Both the position numbers and the translations under genes were made by a program. Of a stretch of 29,576 nucleotides of DNA, positions 23,552-29,576 are shown piece by piece. The stretch is taken from the IMG/VR virus record IMGVR_UViG_3300037493_005562; one strand, 5' to 3'. Each line of letters starts with the position of its first letter. Position 1 is the stretch's first letter. Source of the stretch: an uncultured virus (IMG/VR IMGVR_UViG_3300037493_005562). Lineage: Duplodnaviria; Heunggongvirae; Uroviricota; Caudoviricetes. The notes under the pieces are model-generated. The model saw only the letters and a program-made list of their open reading frames with translations, ran no database searches and had not been told where the DNA came from.

Positions 23552-24979
23552 CTAAACCGCTGTCTGGGTTTGGATTCCAGGCCGCGCCGCGATGGCCGCT
23601 GCATACGTCCAAGGAATATCGCCGTTTGGATTCTGTGCGAAAATCCATTGACCGAGCGAATAAACACCGGATGCGCCACCCGTCTTCGACGGGAGATAAG
23701 CATTGGTGTATTCGGCAAAGGTGAGGGGCGTCGCGTCAACGGTGATCGGATCTGCCGTCGTGAGGCGGAACGTCTTACCCGTGTTCGCGGAGCCCGCAAG
23801 GATGTAGGTGACGTCGCCCGTGTCGACTTCCGTCCCATCATCGAAGTCGGTCGCGCGGGTGAGGACGAAAGCGACACCCCCCGTTCCCTCGGTTGTACAC
23901 TTGTAAATGCCGTTGTTGACGTCCGTTCCGCCTCCCTCGTCTTTCACGAGGACACGGTTATTGAGAACAACCGCGACACTGTCGACCATCAGGATCCCTG
24001 TCGCGCTCGCTGTGAGCGTGTTTCCAGGACCACCCGAAGCGGTATAGGATGGGAGGGCCGCAGTCGTCGCGAGGTTGCATGACTGCTTAACCGTAATGGT
24101 TGTGGCACCGCTTACCAGAATTCCGCCAGCCTGATTGATCACGCCGTCACGACCATAGGACGCCTGCACCACGACTGCGCGAACCACCGGAGGCGTCCAC
24201 GCCAAGCCCGTGACCGCGCAGACCAGCTCTTGCCCAGCCGTAAGCGACTCGGCAAAAGTAAGCGACGACCACGGAGTCTCATTAACGGCCGTATATGCGC
24301 CGGGTATTGGACTCACGGGTGAGTTGAATGAGCTGAACACGTCCGAAGTCACGGTCACGTTGGAAGCGAACAGCTCAGGGTAGACTCCGTTCGCGAACGC
24401 GATTTTCTCGGCGTTGCTAAACGTCATAATGTCATCGAAGTAAATCTGGTTGTCTCCATTCCAGGCGAGTTGGTCCCACCCGTCTGAAGCTGCGTTCGTG
24501 GTGTCTCCTGCGAATGTAACGATTGGGGTGGTATTTCCGTTCAAGTAGACAGAAATTGATCCCCCTACGTTCTTGCAGTCGAAGCTGAGCCACCAGTAGT
24601 ACCAGACATTCGCGAACGCGACACCCGCGCTGGTGGCTATCAGCGTGCCATCTCCTCGATAAATCTTCACGACGCCGTCAAATCGTCTCCAGGTGATGTA
24701 GGCCGCGTTTACCCCGCCCCTGCGAGGGATCATGACCGCAACGTCGGTATTCAGTACGTTATTGCCACCCCTTGCGGCCATGTAGATCCACTGGTCCCCT
24801 AGTCCAAACACGTTGGTTTGGGTGCCGTCGCCAAAGAAGCCAGAGTAAGTCGACCCGTTCCCGTCAAGGTCAACGTGCTTGAATCCGGCACTGTTGGCTA
24901 CAGTGTAGTTGATACTAACCCAAACGCCAGCTTCGTAGTTACTGACGCCGTGATCCCCATTCCAGAAAAATCGACCCAT
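23552..24979 (-). CDS. virion structural/minor tail protein with a tail-fibre-associated module
   Basis: Lectin-like N-terminal half (YFDDI); RVLVKDE..NNGIY..TRATDFD module; AGGAGG RBS. Confidence 0.8.
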   Translation of the reverse strand: MGRFFWNGDHGVSNYEAGVWVSINYTVANSAGFKHVDLDGNGSTYSGFFGDGTQTNVFGLGDQWIYMAARGGNNVLNTDVAVMIPRRGGVNAAYITWRRFDGVVKIYRGDGTLIATSAGVAFANVWYYWWLSFDCKNVGGSISVYLNGNTTPIVTFAGDTTNAASDGWDQLAWNGDNQIYFDDIMTFSNAEKIAFANGVYPELFASNVTVTSDVFSSFNSPVSPIPGAYTAVNETPWSSLTFAESLTAGQELVCAVTGLAWTPPVVRAVVVQASYGRDGVINQAGGILVSGATTITVKQSCNLATTAALPSYTASGGPGNTLTASATGILMVDSVAVVLNNRVLVKDEGGGTDVNNGIYKCTTEGTGGVAFVLTRATDFDDGTEVDTGDVTYILAGSANTGKTFRLTTADPITVDATPLTFAEYTNAYLPSKTGGASGVYSLGQWIFAQNPNGDIPWTYAAAIAARPGIQTQTAV

Positions 24980-24988
24980 GGTCGCCTC

Positions 24989-25252
24989 CTACTTTTCGTT
25001 ATCCAGAGGAAGACGCCCAAACAGAGTCAAGAACTGTGCGTCAAAATCATCCTGGGGTATCCGCACCCAATCGTCCGCAGGAGTCGCGGTTTTGATTAAA
25101 CACAGCGTTGGAACAGGCACGTCCGTAGCTCGGCCGATGTGAGCCATGGAGGACAGAGGGAAGTGCTCTACGCCGTGGCTTGCGACCTGGGAAGCGTTTT
25201 GCCCAGTGAAGCTACTCTCTGTCACGATTACCGGGGCGAGATACCAGTTCAC
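24989..25252 (-). CDS. hypothetical protein (87 aa), possibly a tail-associated chaperone
   Basis: GTG 25252 overlaps the upstream TGA; GGAGG RBS. Confidence 0.65.
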   Translation of the reverse strand: MNWYLAPVIVTESSFTGQNASQVASHGVEHFPLSSMAHIGRATDVPVPTLCLIKTATPADDWVRIPQDDFDAQFLTLFGRLPLDNEK

Positions 25253-25677
25253 GAGATCCTCCGAAGCGCCGAAAGTGCGATTACCGAGGTCGCCGGAACG
25301 CCAACACCGGCCTTCACCAGAATTCGCATCCAGCGACCCTTGACGCCGGTTGTCCATCCGCGCGTCCAGGGAGCGGCGGGAACCGGCTGCTGAACCTCGT
25401 ACGAGGAGGGCGTGGACACACCCGCGGTGATTGCTTCGGTCTGGAGTGGTGTCCAGTCCGTCGCCACGGGCACGGCCGTCTCGGCAAACTCCCACTGGAC
25501 ATCAACGCGGGTGACGGGACCGGTGCCGCCGTCACTACAGGCCATGCTCCAGTCGACTTGGTAGAAGTTCCGAACATCAATCACAGCCGACGCAACGAGC
25601 GACGCCGTCAGGGTTGTCGGCGTCGCGATCGACTGCGCCGAGGCGTCGGATTGTTGGCCTGGAAGGGGGAATCCCAT
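25249..25677 (-). CDS. small beta-rich virion protein
   Basis: AGGA RBS; T/V/A-rich beta-sandwich-like composition within the structural module. Confidence 0.75.
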   Translation of the reverse strand: MGFPLPGQQSDASAQSIATPTTLTASLVASAVIDVRNFYQVDWSMACSDGGTGPVTRVDVQWEFAETAVPVATDWTPLQTEAITAGVSTPSSYEVQQPVPAAPWTRGWTTGVKGRWMRILVKAGVGVPATSVIALSALRRIS

Positions 25678-25689
25678 GGTTACGTCCTG

Positions 25690-28581
25690 TTAGGCTTTGA
25701 GCCAGTTTCCTGAAGGGTTCGCGATGAGGTCGATGCTGCCGACGCCCGCCGTGGTGAGGCTGAACGCGCCCAGGGCCATGCCAACGGTCTGCCCCAGAGA
25801 GGGGGTGAGCGTCACGTCTCGCCCGCCGACGCCTGCACCAACCTCGAAGTTCACGGTCCATCGTGCGCCGGGGGTGATCTGCGTAACGTCAGGCAGCGGG
25901 ATGTTGATGACCGGTGTCCCGCCGCTCGTCTGAACGCCGAGGGTTTGATCAGTCAGGGGATCGAGTGGGGAATCTCCGAGGACCGCCCGGTAGGTGAACC
26001 CCGCAGGACCCGGAGTTGGCGTGCCGCCCGTGATGCGCGTCCCGTCGACTGCCGACGAACAAGCTGTCGCTCCACCGTCTGCACTGACGGGGTTGGTGTC
26101 CGGGCCGATCACGATGTTGGACAAGTCACCGAGGCGGACCTGTGCGCCGCCGGTTGCCGTGATCGCCTTGATGGTGACGCCTGTGAGGCCCGCCGTCGTG
26201 GCGCAGCGGGGCAGGTAGTAGCTCCCGCCGAGCGCGAGGCGGTACTCGGCCGCCGCGTTGACACGAAGCACGTAGGGGCAGTCGATCACGCGGAGCAGAC
26301 GAATGGGGGCGCCCGTGTACTCCGACACGTCGTTGACACCGACGCCGACGATCGCTGCTTTGGTAATGCGCGCGAACGCCGTTACGCCCGTGAAGATCAG
26401 CAGGCCGCCCTCGACGTAGGCACCGTAGGTGCTGTCGAGGAACGTCGAGCCGTCGCCAACCCAAGCATTGCCACCCGACTTGACGCTGATCGAGTTGGTG
26501 AAGGTACAGGTCTGCCACACGATTTGGAGCGTGTCCGAAACCGTGACCCCACCCATCTTCGCGCGGAAGAAGTTGCAGCCGAAGCCGCCTTGAAACTCCA
26601 GCGAGCAAGCGGTGAAGTCGCCACCCGTCCAGAAAAACGCGCCCACGATGTCGGAGCCGCTGAACACCGTGCCGGACGTGGGCTGCGTAAACACCGTGTT
26701 CTGCGCCAGGAAGCGCACAACCGCCGTGACGGGGATCACGGGGTTGATCGTCGACGCGTCGTCCGTCTCGAAGTAGATCGTATTACCGACGTTTTCCTGC
26801 ACGGTGCCGTAGGCAATGTGTACGAGCCCAGCCGTCAGGAACTCCACGATCTCACCGCGCCACGCACCATTGGCAACGACGGCCCCATTGAGCGTGACCG
26901 CGTTCCCGCCGTTCGGCGTGTTCTGCACGACAGCCGTGACGCTGCGCGTGTCGCTCACCGTAACGTTGGTTACGACCGAGGTGATACCCGCCCAACCTGG
27001 AAGGGCTGCGGGAAGCGGGAACACCCCTGCACCATAGTTCAACTCGTAGTAGCCCGCGCTGTAGCCACCAAGCGTTGGTGCCTGAGCGACGAAGCGCAGC
27101 GCGCCTTCGGTCGTGTGAAACGGTCGCGCGACGTTGTCAGGGACGCCTGTGTCGTCGTTTCCGGTCGTTCGGATGTACAGGACGACTTTGACGCCCGGCA
27201 CTTCGTTTGGATTGAAGAAGCTACGTTTTCTGGCTGCGGCCTGATCAAGTCCCTCCTGCGCCGTCGTAGGCGCGACCGACCAATTCGTCGATACGGCAGG
27301 CGTGTACGCTACGCGGCTCGCGTCGTCGCGAAGCGTGAAAGAGAGGAAGCCGAGAACTGTGGGTTGAGTTTGGCTGACTGTCGAGCTTGCGTCGTAGTAG
27401 ACGTCGACTCCCGAGCCAGCATCACTGCTCAACATGCCCGAGGGCAGGCCGCCGCCGTCGTACAGAGAGAGACTTACGCTGCCTGCGTTGATGGTGTCGA
27501 CAGCGATCGACGCGCCAGCTTTGATTCGGGAGTCGCGAACGAACCATAGTTCCAGCCCTCCACCATCGATCTGGAAGAAAGGGAGGCTTCCGCCAAGCAT
27601 TTCGATGAAGGAGTAATTGAAAACAGTGCGGTTGCGGAACGTCGTCACGGTGACGGTGGGAACCAGCGTGTTTCGCCCGAAGAAGTTGCATCCCGTCGCT
27701 TCGCAGAAGAACGGATCGAACGTCACACCGTCGGCAATGTCGACGTTCAGTGTGTCCGTAGCGACTGTGACGGCAGATACGTCGCGCATGTTGTAGGCGC
27801 CGCCCCCCGCTCGCACAGGGATCCCGACGGGAGCGAACGCTTCGTCAAACTGGATGATCTTGGGGCCCGCGTACATGAGCGAGGCCGCGTACAGGTTGTT
27901 GAAGTCGGTAAAAACGTTCCCGACAGCCACGCCCCCGGGCCGGAACACGAACGTCGTCGCGCCAACCACGGCGGTCGTCGGGTAGACGCTCCAGAGGATC
28001 GGGTCCACGCCGATCACAATCACGCCATCGCTCGTGACGAACCAGAACGTGTCCGCGTTGCCTCCGGGGAACGGGGTACCCTCCTGTACTCCTACCTGTA
28101 CGGTGCCAACGACTTCTGCGCTGGCATCGAAGTCGGTTGCGCGGGTCCAGGTTCCGTTTGCGCCGCCGCCCAGGACGCTTACGACGTAGATGCCGTTCTG
28201 TGCGGGAAGCGTCTGGTTCTTGACGAGAATCCGATCTGTGGCAACAAGAGCTACACCGTCGAGGGTATTAGGGGCCCCTCCAGCAAGCGTGATGTTCCCG
28301 CCCGCAGTCGTGGTCCCGACCCTACAGGGGTCCTTGATGGCTACGGTCCCTGAAGCCACCGCAGTCTTTATCGCGTCGATCGCGTCTTGAACGTTATCCG
28401 CTCCGATAAGGGGAGCGGTGTCCAGGTACCCCGACATCGCCGCGCCAGAGACAGGGGCCGACGGAGCGCTCGTCATAGGCAGCGCTATATTGTCGGTAAG
28501 AACTACTTTTCTGGCCCCCATACCTCCGGGAAGATCATCGATGCCTATGTTGATCGGCCGGGTCGGGGTAGGGTTTGCCAT
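25690..28581 (-). CDS. tail fibre/tailspike-like protein
   Basis: GGAG RBS before ATG 28581; NVQDAID and TAQEGLDQ fibre-type motifs; DRILVKNQ..QNGIY..WTRATDFD module; LYIRTTGNDDTG...PFHT (DUF1565-like) preceding a G/T/V-rich beta-helix-like region. Confidence 0.85.
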   Translation of the reverse strand: MANPTPTRPINIGIDDLPGGMGARKVVLTDNIALPMTSAPSAPVSGAAMSGYLDTAPLIGADNVQDAIDAIKTAVASGTVAIKDPCRVGTTTAGGNITLAGGAPNTLDGVALVATDRILVKNQTLPAQNGIYVVSVLGGGANGTWTRATDFDASAEVVGTVQVGVQEGTPFPGGNADTFWFVTSDGVIVIGVDPILWSVYPTTAVVGATTFVFRPGGVAVGNVFTDFNNLYAASLMYAGPKIIQFDEAFAPVGIPVRAGGGAYNMRDVSAVTVATDTLNVDIADGVTFDPFFCEATGCNFFGRNTLVPTVTVTTFRNRTVFNYSFIEMLGGSLPFFQIDGGGLELWFVRDSRIKAGASIAVDTINAGSVSLSLYDGGGLPSGMLSSDAGSGVDVYYDASSTVSQTQPTVLGFLSFTLRDDASRVAYTPAVSTNWSVAPTTAQEGLDQAAARKRSFFNPNEVPGVKVVLYIRTTGNDDTGVPDNVARPFHTTEGALRFVAQAPTLGGYSAGYYELNYGAGVFPLPAALPGWAGITSVVTNVTVSDTRSVTAVVQNTPNGGNAVTLNGAVVANGAWRGEIVEFLTAGLVHIAYGTVQENVGNTIYFETDDASTINPVIPVTAVVRFLAQNTVFTQPTSGTVFSGSDIVGAFFWTGGDFTACSLEFQGGFGCNFFRAKMGGVTVSDTLQIVWQTCTFTNSISVKSGGNAWVGDGSTFLDSTYGAYVEGGLLIFTGVTAFARITKAAIVGVGVNDVSEYTGAPIRLLRVIDCPYVLRVNAAAEYRLALGGSYYLPRCATTAGLTGVTIKAITATGGAQVRLGDLSNIVIGPDTNPVSADGGATACSSAVDGTRITGGTPTPGPAGFTYRAVLGDSPLDPLTDQTLGVQTSGGTPVINIPLPDVTQITPGARWTVNFEVGAGVGGRDVTLTPSLGQTVGMALGAFSLTTAGVGSIDLIANPSGNWLKA

Positions 28582-28735
28582 TTCGGCACTCCGCGAGTGG
28601 TGGTGCAAAGCATAGCAAGCCTAGCGTCGAACGGGAAGACGAGGTTGGAGATAAGCGGCGTGTTTACTACGTAGTCAACCGAGTGTACGGCTGGTCTCCG
28701 GACACGCAGCCGGTCTCTGGACTGAGGGCCAACCT

Positions 28736-29575
28736 CTAGTTTACAACTCGGAACGTTGCGTTCCAAGTGCTGTTATTGCCGTAAGTGCCCTGGTCGCACA
28801 GGAACTGTACGCCCTCGCCGTTCACGCTGCTGATGAAGCACCGGTACTGGCCCCCCGACGTGTCGTAGTCAGGTACGCCGACGTCGCCCGCGACGAGGGT
28901 GTAGACGCCGCCGGAAATGGTCAGGGTCGCCTCGACGTAGAAGTGTGCCCCGCCACCGAACGGCGAGGTGTGCATGACCACGATCTCACCAGCAATGTGC
29001 ATGATGAAAGCGTTTGAATCTGACGGCACCACCGGCTGCTGGTCGAGCAACGACGTGAGCGCCATCGTGGGGGCGGCTGCCGTCGTGTAGGCCCGCATCG
29101 GGTACACCCGCCCTGGGAGAGCCCAGGCGCCGCCCGTGCAACTTGCGTTCGAGTCGAAGTACGCATCACCGTAGGGCGTGACAGCGTGATCGACTACATC
29201 ACTGTAAGGCGGCAGCGGGAACCCAAAGCCATCGATCTGCACGTCACCGACACGCAGGATTGTTGACCCCAACCCCTGCCCGCTCCGGTTCCAGACGAGC
29301 GTGCTTGTGGTCGCATCGTTGATGACAGGCGAATCGTAGTAGGACACGTTGGTCGCTGTGCTCAACGCCCCCATCACGGCGTTTCCGGTGCCTGCGTAGG
29401 TGATCGGCGTGTTGTTGAACACGACCCGCATTTCGGACACTTCGGCGTCCGTCTGCGTCGTCTCGAACACGGGGATTCCCCCAGCGATGGTCGGTCGGAA
29501 GATGCAGTCGTTGAAGGTCCACGAACTGTCGACCTCGGTGGGGTCGTGGACGAACCGCGCCCCGTCCGTCTTCCC
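28736..29575 (-). CDS. virion structural protein, 5'-truncated by the window edge
   Basis: Frame stays open from 29575; beta-rich composition; same strand as the tail module. Confidence 0.75.
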   Translation of the reverse strand, partial: GKTDGARFVHDPTEVDSSWTFNDCIFRPTIAGGIPVFETTQTDAEVSEMRVVFNNTPITYAGTGNAVMGALSTATNVSYYDSPVINDATTSTLVWNRSGQGLGSTILRVGDVQIDGFGFPLPPYSDVVDHAVTPYGDAYFDSNASCTGGAWALPGRVYPMRAYTTAAAPTMALTSLLDQQPVVPSDSNAFIMHIAGEIVVMHTSPFGGGAHFYVEATLTISGGVYTLVAGDVGVPDYDTSGGQYRCFISSVNGEGVQFLCDQGTYGNNSTWNATFRVVN

Positions 29576-29576
29576 G

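Noticed and set aside
25678..25683. GGTTAC half-site between tail genes
   Set aside because: No matching second half-site; it is simply the RBS-to-ATG spacer.
25945..27549. 534-aa plus-strand ORF
   Set aside because: Arg-rich antisense shadow of the tail fibre gene.
28666..28675. 10-bp palindrome ACTACGTAGT upstream of the tail fibre gene
   Set aside because: Single short occurrence; only the TACGTAG core resembles the 14613 region, which is insufficient support.
1..29576. Apparent abundance of GATC/TCGA/CGATCG as a methylation signature
   Set aside because: Not quantifiable by eye and explicable by ATC/GAT/GTC-GA codon usage in GC-rich genes; needs an observed/expected calculation.

Overview
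GC-rich, densely coding window that reads as part of a large tailed bacteriophage or prophage. Most genes are translationally coupled, and I see no tRNA, rRNA or CRISPR array. Left to right: (i) the 3' part of a DarB-like SNF2/SF2 helicase; (ii) a minus-strand operon with a Cys-rich Amidoligase_2-type COOH-NH2 ligase and a class-II glutamine amidotransferase; (iii) a GHKL ATPase fused to an HExxH domain, divergent from three large genes (unknown, Nudix fusion, Zn-motif protein); (iv) small genes, a DUF1653-like gene, a metallophosphoesterase, an MT-A70 methyltransferase and a membrane-anchored S8 subtilase; (v) a minus-strand virion/tail-fibre module. Four observations stand out. A shared promoter/operator motif (TTGnCn-N2-3-GTRMCC-NNNTC-GGTTACAT) lies upstream of the amidoligase, the amidotransferase and the distant subtilase, suggesting one regulon. 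Short peptide motifs are shared among the divergent large proteins. A 720-bp single-gene cassette is bounded by a duplicated gene start. Two tail proteins carry domains inserted inside other domains. All family assignments come from motifs recognised by eye, not from database searches.
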